Shown here: in pieces, positions 33,322 through 44,599 of the stretch
Layout: every line of letters starts with the position of its first letter
How positions within the stretch are numbered: position 1 is the first letter of the stretch
Virus record (IMG/VR): IMGVR_UViG_3300026522_000001
Coordinates: 1-64,000 of that record
Source: a virus
Direction: 5' to 3' (one strand)
DNA length: 64,000 nt
Translations under genes and position numbers: made by a program
Notes under the pieces: generated by a model
Databases searched by the model: none
Told to the model about the DNA's origin: nothing
Seen by the model: only the letters and a program-made list of their open reading frames with translations

Positions 33322-36300
33322 TTAATAGCTACCAACAATCTTATTAGTAAACTTAGCACTACCTCTTGTAAAGTCAAGCATAATTCTCTGACCTCTTGGT
33401 GAACGCATAAAGTGTGCTATGGCTTCTTCTTGGTTGCTTACTAATGCTACATTCATATTTGTTGTACTACTTACATTTGTTCCTAAAGTACTAGCAAATG
33501 TACTCATTCCTCTTGCAGTCTCTTGTGCCGCAACTTCACCACCATCTGCAAATTTAGGAACATTTATAATATTTGGTATTCTGCTAAAGTTACCATTATT
33601 TACAGCATTTAAGAATCCTGTTCCGTATTTTCTTACGGCGCTTGCTTTAACAACAAATTCTCCATTACTCAACATCGCAGGTATACTGTCACTTGTTGAT
33701 GTTCCTTCACCTTTAACATTTCCACCTGTAGAGAATTTTCTTATTAGTCCTCCATCCTTATGCCCTTGTTCTTTAGTTCCTTGCCCTGAAGGTATATTTG
33801 CAGCTGCTGTTGCTATAACGTCTAGTGCTTCCTTTGCACTTTTAGCTGAATCACTAAGTTCATCTAAACTAGTCTTTACTTCTGTTGAACTTTGCTGAAC
33901 TGCACTAGATAGCTGTTGCAAAGATGTATTTGTTTGTGATATTGTTGTTTCTATTGAAGCATTATTTGTAGCTTGCTGTGCTTGTGCAGAAGCATTTGCT
34001 ACTGTTGGAGTAGATAATGCTGATTGTGATTTCTTCAATTCACTATATGTTTTATTTTGGTCTAATACTCTAAAGTATCCACCAGTACCATCTTGCATCC
34101 ATGTATTTTTTAAGTCATAATTCTTTTTGCTATTATCCATCTCAAAATAATGACCAGTTTCGGGATTTTTAAGGCCTAATATATCTGAGGAATCTCTATA
34201 TGTTTGTAGACCCTGTATTCCAGTACCATCTTCTGATGCTATAATATGTAGCTGTGACCTGATAGGTGAAAAATAGTCTGTTAAACCATTTTTATCTACA
34301 TTTTTATATTGATTAAGTGTATATATTTGCCCTGGTGTTACTTTAGACGCAAGATTTTCTGTTGTTGGTTGTCTACCAGACTCGTCTTTTACTGGAAACC
34401 ATTGTTGCATAAGCCCTTCAACAAGTCTCTTTGCAAAGAACTTTTGCATTGTCTTTAGGAAATCTACAACCATATTTTGTAGAGCTTCACCTAATGAATG
34501 AGCTTCATTTACCCCGTCTGTAAGGAATGTTACAAGCCCATCTTCTAGTGCTTGTCTTGCAGTTTCATGCGTTTCTTCTAATAAAGTTTTTATATGACTT
34601 AACATACCAGAAATTCTCTCTTTATTAGCTATCTCTTGCATCTGACTCATAGAAGCTGTCTGTCTTTCCATCTGTAAAGCTATATCAGCATTTAACTCAT
34701 CTATTCTTTTTGTTACATTAGCCACTTCTTGAGAGCCTTGTGGAAGTCTATCTCTTTCTGCCTGTTTCTTGCTTAATTCTTCTCTTAATCCTGCTATTTG
34801 TATCTGCCTACTCATATAGTCATTATTCATAGCGGCATATTGTTGTTTATATGCTTTATTTAATTCGGCATTTTTATAGGCTTTCATCTCCTTATTTGCT
34901 TCTTCTCTTTGAAGGTTTGTCATAGGTATATTTTCTAATACACTATTCATGTAGTCATACCTATCAGAAATTGCTTGTGTCATACCATTTAATATACTAT
35001 ATAATTTTTCTTGTGCACTTATTAGCTTTTTCTTTATTTCTTCTGCTTTTTCAGAATTACCCATAGCTGTAAACTCAGCATATTGCTTTACTAGAGCTTC
35101 CATCTGATAAGCAGGTGTTTGTTTAGCAAGATTTATTTTTGTTCTAAGTGTATCTAATTCTTTATTGTACTCTGATAATTCAACATCTGATTTTTTCTTT
35201 GCAACAAAATATGCTTGTTCTTTTATTTTTAGGTCTGATTTTTTCTGATTCCAAATCTTCTGTTCTGCAAGTAAATCATCTCTTGTAATGTTCTTACCTG
35301 CTGTTTTATCAGACATATCAAAGCCCTTATTATACTTAATAAGCATTTCATAGAACTTTTGATTTTCTTTACTAAATTCTTTTCTTACTTTATCATAGTC
35401 TGATTTAGCGTTTTGTGTATTTCTTATATTAGCATATTTACCAATATCAGAACGCTTTAAACCTTCTCTTAAAGAGTCTTGTAAGCCTTTTCTCCAATAA
35501 TAACTATCAAACTGTTTCTTATTCTCATTGTTGTTTCTATACGCCCACTCTTTATCATTAGCTTCTTTCCAACTATTATAATAAGTCTTATATGACTCGT
35601 TCATCATATCATTACCACGAAGTGCTAATAATCTTTGTGTATCTGCATGTAAGTCATTTAATACATTTAGCTTATCAACTATTCCTTGGTTCTTAATATA
35701 ATTACTATCATTTAACTTCTTATATGCACTTTGTAGTTCTTCTTTTGATGAAAGTCTATAATAATAATCACTAAGCATATTTCTACTTTCTTCCATTGAC
35801 TGCCAAGAGTCAACAATATTTTTATTATTACCTGTGTTATTAAATCTCCAAAGTGCATCATTAGCAGGACGTTCTTTATCATTTATTTCTCTATATTTTG
35901 GATTTGATTTATCCCATCCTATTGAATCCATTTCTGTTTTATATTTTTTATATTCAGAAAATAAATAATTAAATTCACTTACTAAATCTTTTGCATTATT
36001 TTGTGACTCAAATACTTCCATCTTGCTTGTAAGATTTTCATAAGCTTTCTTTAATTCACTAAACCCATTAGGATTAGATAGGAAATCATATATTTTTTGT
36101 CTCTTATCGAGTGTATCTCTTATTAAGGATATACTTTCAGGTTTATTTATATAACCTATATATTTTTCTGCTAATTCACCAAAATCTGTATCATAGTTTT
36201 TATATTTTCCATAAGCAACTTCATATGCACGATACTTAGCTGTTGTTTCAAGTCTACTTATATTAAAGTCAAGCTGTTTTTCTAGTGCATCTGTTACAAC

Positions 36301-39300
36301 TTTTGCTGTCTCTTGTCTTATTCTTATATTTAGTGCGTTAACCATATCACTAGCTTCAGGAGAATTACTTCTTTTGGCTTTTTCTAGCTTTTCATAAAGA
36401 CTTCTTAACTTTACTTCAAGCATTGGCTGACTACCAAATATATCAGAATTTATATCACTTAATATATCCTTGTATTCATCTATTTTCTTTTGCATATCTT
36501 CAAATGCTTGCATAGCTTCTTTTGAGCTATGTGGAGAAAATAGAGACATCCTTCCATTAGATGAACCGCCACTTAATGCAACATTCTGTGAACCTGTTCT
36601 TATTACTGCATTTGTTCTAGCTAACCAATAATTTAAGTCTTGTTCCATAATACCACTACCACTAGAAGTATTTGGGTTATTATGTGAGCTGTTTCCTACA
36701 GTATGCTGTGCGTCTTTTACCATAACAACATGACCATAATCATTTGTAACTAAAACATCACCCGGCTGTGCAATACTTGTATTTGTGTCTACTGCAATCC
36801 CTTGACTCTTTGCATCACTAACAAGTCTATCAACATTTGCTACACCTTTAGCATATTCATCTGCTAAGAATGTGTTAAACCAACTACCTAGTCTAACTAC
36901 TGCTTCTACACACCCATTAGCTAAATCAGGCATTTCTGCATTTCTTAGTCCACTATTTAATGCTGTATTCAATGCACTTGTAATAGCATTTCCTGCATTA
37001 AATCCTATCTGCTCTCCTAATGCTTGGTTTCCTATTGAGTTACTAATATAATTAGCTAATGTTATTCCGCTTTGTGAAATTTTCTGCTGATATTCTTGTG
37101 CTAATGAAATATATCCACTTAAGTCATTTGTGGTCATATAACCGCCATTATGGAGTATGTTAAATGCACTAGAAGCATCATGTGACTGTAAGAATCCACT
37201 ATATCTATCTTGTTCTAATACTTCTGCTAAATCTTTAGCGGCGGCTGATAAGTCAGGAAATTTTACATAATATCCACCCTCATTAGAAGGTCTTGCGTCA
37301 CCACGCATTGACATTGGATAATTTTCATTCCACGTTATGCCAGCTGGGTTATTATCATTTACAAATACATCACTTGTTCCTCTTGCTGTTTCATTAGCTA
37401 TAAGTCCTGCTATTATTCCAATATCAGGTGAAGTTCCTGTCTGTGCTTGGATTGCCTTAGAAACTTCTATTGCTAAGTCTAATACTTTATCACCTGTATT
37501 AGCTTGTGCACCATTCGTTCCTGACTGCTGTACCATCTGCATAGAAGAAAGTGCATTACTAAATTGTGCAGATGCTTCAAGCATTACTTCGCTATATGTA
37601 CCTAAGTCTCTACCAATTTCTTTTTGTGTTTGTGTAGCTTTAGCAAGTTCTTTTGTATATTTATTTATTTCTCTTTGTACTTTATGTTCTTCTTTTAGCT
37701 TATCATACTCGTTTGCAAATTTACTTGTCTGTATAGCGGCTAGTTCTTCTTTTGCTTCTTCTAGTCTAGCCGCCGCTTCTTCTTTTTCGATTTCTGTTTT
37801 CTGCATATAATAATCTTTTACAGACTTAAATCCTTCTTTATATGCTATGTCATTTTTTTCAAGTAAATCTTTTAGTGCTTCTATCTTATCGCTAAGAATC
37901 TCTTTTAGTCTTTCTCTGTTTTCTTTTAGCATATCTTGAGATTCTTTAATAGCCGCTCTATTTGCCTTATCTGCTTCTCTTTGTGCTTTAGCTTTTTCTT
38001 TGCTATCGTCAGCAGGTCTGCCTTTTAATGCGTTTTGATTTGGATTTTGAGTTGAAAGTATATGTTCCCTATTATTTAAGAAATTTCTTATACCTTCAAC
38101 AAAATCATGCAAATTCTTATGTGGTTGTGAATTTTCTCCTGCTTCTCTTGCTTGCTGACCTCTTTCTCTCCATCCATTTATGGTTTGAATATCTCTGTAA
38201 GAATTTGTTATTATATCTGCACCTGTAATGGCTATCCCTGCGATTGGGATATATTTCTTTAACATGCCTTTTGCGGCTTCTGCTGCATCTACTCCTGCTT
38301 GTGTAAATGCCTTTGCCGCACCTTCTGCATCACCATGCATCAAATCCCACACAGCCTTAACAACATTGTATAAAGTTCTAAAAATAGCAACAACAGGTTT
38401 TACATATGAAACAATACCTATAAGTACATTCTTAATTATTGCAAAAGCATATAAAGCATCATAACCTAAATCTTCAATAGATGTTTTATTTTCTTCTAAT
38501 AAAGCAATTACATCTATTATTCTTTCTGCAATGAATACTAATAAGCCAACACAAATACTTATTGCGTCGCTAAGTGAATCTACAGAATCTTCTGCCCCTA
38601 GAGATTGCTCTGCATATTCTGCAACCTCTATAATAGCATCACCGATAATTTCAACAAAATTAGCAACAAAATTAAGTAATCCTTCAAATGATTCACTTAA
38701 TGTTATTACAGTAGCATTTTGTTCTTCTAATGCTTGTGTTTCTTCTTCTGTTGCTCCTGTTGCTTCTCTATACTTTGTAGCATCATCTTGCAGTCCTGTA
38801 TCTTCTGCATTTTTATCTACCGCCGCTTGGTCTGATGTATCAATACCATTTCTTGCCGCTGATGATTTCTTTAGCACATCCCATTTTGCAGAGTTTGGAT
38901 TGATTCCCATATCATAGACTGTTGCTATTTGAGAACCTACCCATTTCATAAACTCAATTACAGGCTGTTTTACTGCATCACTATCAAATACACTTGCTAG
39001 TGTTAATTCCCATGTTGATTTTAAGCTGTCAAAAGCACCACCTAGAGTAGCAATGTTTTCTCTGTTTGATGCAACGAAACCTGCTAGTCTATTCTCTAAC
39101 CACGCATATAAATCTTCACCTTTGGCTTTTACTTCTTTAATTTCTTCGTCTGTAATGCCTAGTTGTTTAGCCATTACAGTTCTGTTAGCCATACCATTAA
39201 AGATATCTCTTGTATCTCTTGCGATAGTCAAAGAGTTTAATTGAAGTTCTTTACCAATAGTTGTGAACAAATTAGCCATTTCTTCAATCTGACTAATGTT

Positions 39301-41655
39301 CATTCCTGATTGTAAGCCAGGCTCAATGATTGCTCTAAATGTATTTGTTATTGCTTCTAGGCTAGTACCTGTTTTTATTGCGTCTACTGCTAGTTGCTTA
39401 ACAATACCATCTGCCATATTTAGTGCTTGGCTAAATTGTAGTGGTTGATTATTTAGCAAACCTATTGATGACATAGCACCTGCAATACCATTACGCATCA
39501 TCTGCATAGCGTTTGCCGCTTCTAGCCCAGGCTTTATAATATAATCTTCTATTGCACTACCAATAGATTGTACAACACTAAAAAGTGTTTCTGTTGCTGA
39601 AATAGCACCACCGATTGCAACAGAAAATGCCGCCGCTCCTGCAACCATAGTAGAAAACATCTCTGGGAGAACCGCTAGACCATTGTTTATACCAAGTATT
39701 GACTTTTCTGCCATCTCCGACTGTCTAGCCAATTCGTGCATACCAGAACCAAATCCACGTTCAAAAGAACCTGCTAACTTAGCTAATTCTATCCCTGAAA
39801 GTCTTGTTGTGAGAATATTCTTTAAGGAAGATATTGTAGGCTCATATCTTCCTTCTACATTTGAACGTAATCCTGAACCTAGATTTGCATAGTTATTATT
39901 AACAGCCGCCGCTCTTTGACGTTTTAGCCATTCCCTTCTAGCATATTCATTCTTTATTGAAGGTAGGAAATCACCATATAATTTAGATTCTGCCGCATAA
40001 CTTAGCTTTCCTCTTTCTGTAAGGAATTGCTTCATGTTATTCATGATTCCTAGTGCTTCTTGTACTCTAGCATTTAAGGCTTTATTACCCTTATCAGCAC
40101 TGGTATCAAATTTATTTATTTCTGCAATAGTAGACGCAAGTTGTTTACGTAATTCATTAAACTGTTTACTATCATTATTTACCTCGCGTCTATTCTTCCT
40201 TATAGAGTCAGTTAATCTATCTACACCCGCAGAAGAATTTCCAGTATCACCTAATAACTGTTTAGCATAATTATTAAAGTTATTTTTTCTACTTTCTATT
40301 GTATTTTTTAGTTGTGCCGCTGTATCATATCTAGGGTCTTGTTCTGTTATTGTACCATTCTTGATTTGAGAAAGAAGATTTCTATATACTTTTTGCTGTT
40401 CTGAAATAGAACGTAAAGAATTTAAGAACTCATTTTGTGCCGCTTTTGTTGCATCTCTTTCAGCAACTAATGCATTATATTTACCAAGGTCTCCATCTCT
40501 CCATGCTTTTTCAGCACCTTGAGTAGCATTTTTTATTCTAGTATTAAACTGTTCATTTTTTTCTTTTGCAAGTCTTTCACGACGTTCTTTGTTTTCTAAA
40601 GCTGTTAATGCTCTATCTGTTTTTTCACGTTCTCTTTCAGCTTCTTTATCCTTGCGGATTTGTGCAATTTCTTCTTGCTTTACTTGTCTCCACATGGCAT
40701 CGATTTGCTTATTAGCTTCTGCCCTGCTTCGTCTTTCTTCTCTATCTAAAGCATTATTTGCTCTTGCTATATTATTAGAGGTTCTTATTCGTTCTGCTTT
40801 AGATATTTCAGGCTCATTTATTTTATCAATAACTTCTTGCCCTTTTGCTTTTAGCTGTTGCATTTTAGCATTAGCTGAATCTAGTCCATTACCAAATCCA
40901 TCTATATGAACAGCCTTTGCCTTATCCCCTAGCTCTTGTAAAAGCCCTATTGCCTGTGTTAAAGACCTTTGTGCATTTTTATTATCTGCAAGCCCATCAT
41001 ACATACTTGCTTCTAGCACTTTTACTTGTGCTAGTTTCTGCTTTAGCTTATCTAAATTAGGTGTAAGCCCTGCTTCTTTCTGCATAGTAAAAGAGTCTTT
41101 TATAGCCTTAGAAACAATTCCAGACCTAATTTGATAGCTTGCTATGCTAGGTGAATCTTTTAATGCTTTAGCAACAGCATTTTCATAACTCTTTACTGCC
41201 TTTCTAGCAGAGTCTACATCTAGCCCATTATTCTTTAAGTTTGAAAGCAATAGCCTAGCATCACTAGCCCTATTGTTTCCATATGAAAGATTTCCTGCTA
41301 TTTTTTGATTTGTTATATGGAATGGGGAATTCTTTATAGCAAGAGAGAGCGCCTTTAGTCTATTTAGAGCCGCTTCTAGTTCTGCTATATCTCTCTTTGC
41401 TTGCTTTGTGTCTACCCCTATTTTAATGTCTTTTGCTACAGTTGAAAGTTGTTTGCTTAATCCCTTTGTAGCAACTACTGATTCCCTCTCAAGGCTATTC
41501 TGCAAATTTTTAAGAGGTTTATTTACATCAAATTTTATGTTTGCATCATTTAGACTTCTTTTCCAGTCTGTTATTTTTCTTTTAGCTACGTCTAAATTTG
41601 CTAGTAGACTTTTTACATCCGCTTCTATGTCTACTACTATTTTTTCTCTAGCCAT
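33322..41655 (-). CDS. Tape measure protein with embedded glucosaminidase-like and CHAP/NlpC-P60-like domains
   Basis: 2777 aa; long coiled-coil regions and a Gly/Ala-rich hydrophobic core; NPAGITWNENYP...GGYYVKFPDL block; NGCVEAVVRLGSW...GDVLVTNDYGHVVMV block; follows the frameshifted chaperone. Confidence 0.85.
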   Translation of the reverse strand: MAREKIVVDIEADVKSLLANLDVAKRKITDWKRSLNDANIKFDVNKPLKNLQNSLERESVVATKGLSKQLSTVAKDIKIGVDTKQAKRDIAELEAALNRLKALSLAIKNSPFHITNQKIAGNLSYGNNRASDARLLLSNLKNNGLDVDSARKAVKSYENAVAKALKDSPSIASYQIRSGIVSKAIKDSFTMQKEAGLTPNLDKLKQKLAQVKVLEASMYDGLADNKNAQRSLTQAIGLLQELGDKAKAVHIDGFGNGLDSANAKMQQLKAKGQEVIDKINEPEISKAERIRTSNNIARANNALDREERRSRAEANKQIDAMWRQVKQEEIAQIRKDKEAEREREKTDRALTALENKERRERLAKEKNEQFNTRIKNATQGAEKAWRDGDLGKYNALVAERDATKAAQNEFLNSLRSISEQQKVYRNLLSQIKNGTITEQDPRYDTAAQLKNTIESRKNNFNNYAKQLLGDTGNSSAGVDRLTDSIRKNRREVNNDSKQFNELRKQLASTIAEINKFDTSADKGNKALNARVQEALGIMNNMKQFLTERGKLSYAAESKLYGDFLPSIKNEYARREWLKRQRAAAVNNNYANLGSGLRSNVEGRYEPTISSLKNILTTRLSGIELAKLAGSFERGFGSGMHELARQSEMAEKSILGINNGLAVLPEMFSTMVAGAAAFSVAIGGAISATETLFSVVQSIGSAIEDYIIKPGLEAANAMQMMRNGIAGAMSSIGLLNNQPLQFSQALNMADGIVKQLAVDAIKTGTSLEAITNTFRAIIEPGLQSGMNISQIEEMANLFTTIGKELQLNSLTIARDTRDIFNGMANRTVMAKQLGITDEEIKEVKAKGEDLYAWLENRLAGFVASNRENIATLGGAFDSLKSTWELTLASVFDSDAVKQPVIEFMKWVGSQIATVYDMGINPNSAKWDVLKKSSAARNGIDTSDQAAVDKNAEDTGLQDDATKYREATGATEEETQALEEQNATVITLSESFEGLLNFVANFVEIIGDAIIEVAEYAEQSLGAEDSVDSLSDAISICVGLLVFIAERIIDVIALLEENKTSIEDLGYDALYAFAIIKNVLIGIVSYVKPVVAIFRTLYNVVKAVWDLMHGDAEGAAKAFTQAGVDAAEAAKGMLKKYIPIAGIAITGADIITNSYRDIQTINGWRERGQQAREAGENSQPHKNLHDFVEGIRNFLNNREHILSTQNPNQNALKGRPADDSKEKAKAQREADKANRAAIKESQDMLKENRERLKEILSDKIEALKDLLEKNDIAYKEGFKSVKDYYMQKTEIEKEEAAARLEEAKEELAAIQTSKFANEYDKLKEEHKVQREINKYTKELAKATQTQKEIGRDLGTYSEVMLEASAQFSNALSSMQMVQQSGTNGAQANTGDKVLDLAIEVSKAIQAQTGTSPDIGIIAGLIANETARGTSDVFVNDNNPAGITWNENYPMSMRGDARPSNEGGYYVKFPDLSAAAKDLAEVLEQDRYSGFLQSHDASSAFNILHNGGYMTTNDLSGYISLAQEYQQKISQSGITLANYISNSIGNQALGEQIGFNAGNAITSALNTALNSGLRNAEMPDLANGCVEAVVRLGSWFNTFLADEYAKGVANVDRLVSDAKSQGIAVDTNTSIAQPGDVLVTNDYGHVVMVKDAQHTVGNSSHNNPNTSSGSGIMEQDLNYWLARTNAVIRTGSQNVALSGGSSNGRMSLFSPHSSKEAMQAFEDMQKKIDEYKDILSDINSDIFGSQPMLEVKLRSLYEKLEKAKRSNSPEASDMVNALNIRIRQETAKVVTDALEKQLDFNISRLETTAKYRAYEVAYGKYKNYDTDFGELAEKYIGYINKPESISLIRDTLDKRQKIYDFLSNPNGFSELKKAYENLTSKMEVFESQNNAKDLVSEFNYLFSEYKKYKTEMDSIGWDKSNPKYREINDKERPANDALWRFNNTGNNKNIVDSWQSMEESRNMLSDYYYRLSSKEELQSAYKKLNDSNYIKNQGIVDKLNVLNDLHADTQRLLALRGNDMMNESYKTYYNSWKEANDKEWAYRNNNENKKQFDSYYWRKGLQDSLREGLKRSDIGKYANIRNTQNAKSDYDKVRKEFSKENQKFYEMLIKYNKGFDMSDKTAGKNITRDDLLAEQKIWNQKKSDLKIKEQAYFVAKKKSDVELSEYNKELDTLRTKINLAKQTPAYQMEALVKQYAEFTAMGNSEKAEEIKKKLISAQEKLYSILNGMTQAISDRYDYMNSVLENIPMTNLQREEANKEMKAYKNAELNKAYKQQYAAMNNDYMSRQIQIAGLREELSKKQAERDRLPQGSQEVANVTKRIDELNADIALQMERQTASMSQMQEIANKERISGMLSHIKTLLEETHETARQALEDGLVTFLTDGVNEAHSLGEALQNMVVDFLKTMQKFFAKRLVEGLMQQWFPVKDESGRQPTTENLASKVTPGQIYTLNQYKNVDKNGLTDYFSPIRSQLHIIASEDGTGIQGLQTYRDSSDILGLKNPETGHYFEMDNSKKNYDLKNTWMQDGTGGYFRVLDQNKTYSELKKSQSALSTPTVANASAQAQQATNNASIETTISQTNTSLQQLSSAVQQSSTEVKTSLDELSDSAKSAKEALDVIATAAANIPSGQGTKEQGHKDGGLIRKFSTGGNVKGEGTSTSDSIPAMLSNGEFVVKASAVRKYGTGFLNAVNNGNFSRIPNIINVPKFADGGEVAAQETARGMSTFASTLGTNVSSTTNMNVALVSNQEEAIAHFMRSPRGQRIMLDFTRGSAKFTNKIVGSY

Positions 41656-41754
41656 ATATCCACACCGACCTCTGCTTTCTATATTATATGCCGTACATTT
41701 TATTTATTAACAAAATAGCCGTATCTAACATAAAATTAAATACGGCTAATATAT

Positions 41755-42075
41755 TTATTGCTTCATTTTGTCTAGTAGCTTTGTTATGCGTTTTCCACCG
41801 TTGCCATTACCAGAAAAAGCTAAACCAATCGCCATTGCTGTCATTTCACAGTCATAGGCATTTTTTCGCATGTCTTGCTTTACACACTTTTCATAGTACA
41901 TCATGATTTCTTCTCTACTATATTCTCTTAGTATTTTATCTTTATCGTGACCATGTTCTATTAAGCATTGTATAGCATCATATATGCTTATTTGCTCTTC
42001 TTCTTTTCTGCGTCTAGCTTCTTCTTGACTCCCGCTAACTTCTCGTTTACTTTCGTTATAAATTTCGTAAAAAAA
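41755..42075 (-). other. -1 programmed frameshift extension of the tail assembly chaperone (G/GT-type)
   Basis: Slippery GGT TTT TTT A (A7 run 42069-42075 on + strand). The -1 frame stays open for about 105 codons to a TAA at 41755-41757 (...EYSREEIMMYYEKCVKQDMRKNAYDCEMTAMAIGLAFSGNGNGGKRITKLLDKMKQ). Confidence 0.7.
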
Positions 42076-42467
42076 CCTTCATTTACCTCGTAGATGTTTT
42101 GAATCAAATCAACACTATCTTCAAGTGCAATCATCTCTACATCTTCATCTGTCATTGTGGTTGACTTTACAATTAAATCTTTAATAAAGTCTACACCTTC
42201 ATCACCAATCATAGTTACAAGGTCTACAAAACCTAGTAGACGTATGCTTGTAGTTGTAGCTTTATTATTTTCATCTACATACGAAAGTTCACTTATTGCT
42301 CTACTAAATCCTTCGCTATCTTCCATTAGCCGTTTAACAACACCACTTAGTTTTGTTGTTAGTCTGATAGCATTAAGCATTGAAATTTTCTTTACGATAA
42401 ATTTCTTTGTACCTAGTTTTATTTCTCTTTCTGCCAAGAGTAAATCCATTTCATCTTTTGTACTCAT
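41988..42467 (-). CDS. Tail assembly chaperone (zero-frame product)
   Basis: 159 aa, acidic; sits between the tube and tape measure genes. Confidence 0.7.
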   Translation of the reverse strand: MSTKDEMDLLLAEREIKLGTKKFIVKKISMLNAIRLTTKLSGVVKRLMEDSEGFSRAISELSYVDENNKATTTSIRLLGFVDLVTMIGDEGVDFIKDLIVKSTTMTDEDVEMIALEDSVDLIQNIYEVNEGFFTKFITKVNEKLAGVKKKLDAEKKKSK

Positions 42468-42528
42468 AAAATCTTCCTCATTTCTTTTTATTAATTTTAT
42501 TAGTTTTCTGCATCAATTCATTAATTAT

Positions 42529-42557
42529 ATTATAACATATTTATCAAAAAAATGCAA
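42529..42557 (-). promoter_or_regulatory. Promoter for the chaperone/tape-measure unit
   Basis: Minus strand TTGCAT-N17-TATAAT with TGn extended -10. Confidence 0.5.
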
Positions 42558-42576
42558 TATGCAAAAATGCAATACA

Positions 42577-44382
42577 TTACTGTTTCCACATCCATTTTGT
42601 ATTACCACATCTCCATACTTGAAATGCGCCTAGCTTATCCATTATATACACTTCTTTATTTCCTACTTCTTTATTTATTGCTTCTTCAAACAAATCAGGA
42701 TAATCTTTTTTTAGATATTTTAACTGACAATGCTCTCTTTTTATTTCTTCCCCGTTCAAATACCAATAATATCTAGGTGTAGACTGACTATCAAATTTAT
42801 ACCCCAATACAGGATATATTCCCCCTAAAAAGTAGTCATTATCAGAATAGCTTCTTATGTATTTAGGACTATATTCTCTAATAAAGGCTTTATGCAGTTT
42901 ATTTGCACCGCCTACAATAGTATATCCATCTTTTACACAATACCTGTGTAACTCATATTCGCCACTTTCTGCTTTTGTCAATCTAGGCTTACCAAAAATC
43001 ATTACAGAATATAATTCGTCATTATAAAACAATCCATAATTATACAATGCAAAATGCTTTTGTGTTCTGCCCTGAATATGATATTTGTCACAAAAGCTAT
43101 TTGCTTCTTCCTCTGTAATATGTCTTACAATACATTTTCTTGCATAGATTGCTTTATTTTTTACTAATAATGACCTTAAATACATTTTTATTTTTTCAGA
43201 GTTTTTCTTCCAGTCAACATCAAAAATACTAATTAGATGTACACCATTTTCTTTGCATGTCAAAAATTTTTCTCTATGATATTCTTTATCTTTGCAATAT
43301 AGTTTATTATTTACTGAATGAAATACACTACCGTTATATTCAATAGCTAAATGCTTAGATGGAATATAAATATCAAGCTCTTTTCCACCTAATACACTTC
43401 TATTATGTTGCACTACTTCCTCGTTTGTAATGCTTTTTACATAATCATATATTTCTAATTCTGCTTGTGAACCTCTCTGTGCAATGTTTACACAACCACA
43501 AGAATAGCACTTACCAGCTTTGACGGAAGTAACTCGCATTATCTTATCTTTTCCACAATGTGTACAATGGAATTTCCAAAAAGTTGCCCCGTCTTTAGTA
43601 TAAACATATTCTTTAGCTACTAAATATCCAAACTGTTTCCCTGTAATATCTTCATATCTATGCTCATGTTTTTTATGTCCACAAGAAGTTGTTAAACCAC
43701 TTTTCATTCTTTTACCACAGATAACACACTTCTTTCCGCAAGAACATGTACAATTCCAATAAGCCCTATGTTCTTTAGTATATGCAAAAGAATCAACATG
43801 CAATTCTCCAAAAGTCTTTCCCGTTAAATCCTCACCAAAATGATTATGCTTTCCACAATCATCTGTCTTACCATTTCTTAGCCTTTGTCCACTAGCTACG
43901 CATGTGTTCCCACAATCACATACACAATTCCAATAAAGCCTATTATCTTTACTATATGCAAAAGAAGTTACTGTTAGTTTTCCAAATCTTTTACCAATAA
44001 GTTCTTTTCTTTCTTCCTCTGGCTTACACTTGCCACAGGATTTTCTTCTTCCATTTAACAAAGAGTCTCCATCTGCAATAGTTTCATTTCCACAATCACA
44101 TTTACACCTAAATTTACTTTTACCAACATACTCCAATACAGTAAGGCTACCATACTTATTCCCAATCATATAATCATATTTTGTTGACTTCTTTTTTAAT
44201 ATACATTCTTTACAATGTGTTGTTATACCTTTTGTTAAATTTCCTGTTGCTGTTTCAATAGTGCCACCACAATCACATTTACATAACCAAAGTACCTTTC
44301 CACTATTTGATTTATGGTTGCATTTATTTAATACAACTAAGCTCCCAAATCTTTTCCCAGCTAAATTTAATGCTTTTGGCAT
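42577..44382 (-). CDS. Free-standing homing-endonuclease-like protein: 5 zinc-ribbon repeats, a Vsr/DUF559-like PD-(D/E)xK domain and a conserved C-terminal domain
   Basis: 601 aa; 5 repeats of G(K/R)xFGxLxV...W.C.CDCG...L..G....CG; ELDIYIPSKHLAIEYNGSVFHS; C-terminal half paralogous to ORF 45814-47460. Confidence 0.6.
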   Translation of the reverse strand: MPKALNLAGKRFGSLVVLNKCNHKSNSGKVLWLCKCDCGGTIETATGNLTKGITTHCKECILKKKSTKYDYMIGNKYGSLTVLEYVGKSKFRCKCDCGNETIADGDSLLNGRRKSCGKCKPEEERKELIGKRFGKLTVTSFAYSKDNRLYWNCVCDCGNTCVASGQRLRNGKTDDCGKHNHFGEDLTGKTFGELHVDSFAYTKEHRAYWNCTCSCGKKCVICGKRMKSGLTTSCGHKKHEHRYEDITGKQFGYLVAKEYVYTKDGATFWKFHCTHCGKDKIMRVTSVKAGKCYSCGCVNIAQRGSQAELEIYDYVKSITNEEVVQHNRSVLGGKELDIYIPSKHLAIEYNGSVFHSVNNKLYCKDKEYHREKFLTCKENGVHLISIFDVDWKKNSEKIKMYLRSLLVKNKAIYARKCIVRHITEEEANSFCDKYHIQGRTQKHFALYNYGLFYNDELYSVMIFGKPRLTKAESGEYELHRYCVKDGYTIVGGANKLHKAFIREYSPKYIRSYSDNDYFLGGIYPVLGYKFDSQSTPRYYWYLNGEEIKREHCQLKYLKKDYPDLFEEAINKEVGNKEVYIMDKLGAFQVWRCGNTKWMWKQ

Positions 44383-44473
44383 ATTAAAGTCTCCTTATGC
44401 TCCTTATGTCTCCTTAAAAAATTCTAAATACGGGCATTCCCTGCCCTTGCAGGTCATTCTTATACATACTTAT

Positions 44474-44501
44474 ATTATACCACAAATTGAGCATAAGTCA
44501 A
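44474..44501 (-). promoter_or_regulatory. Own promoter of the 601-aa endonuclease-like gene
   Basis: Minus strand TTGACT-N16-TGgTATAAT. Confidence 0.5.
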
Positions 44502-44599
44502 TTACAATTACATTAAATTTTTATACTAAAAAGAGGGTACTCCTGTGCCGGAATACCCTCTGTTCATAAAAAGGAAAAGAAAGGAAAAGATTTATATGA

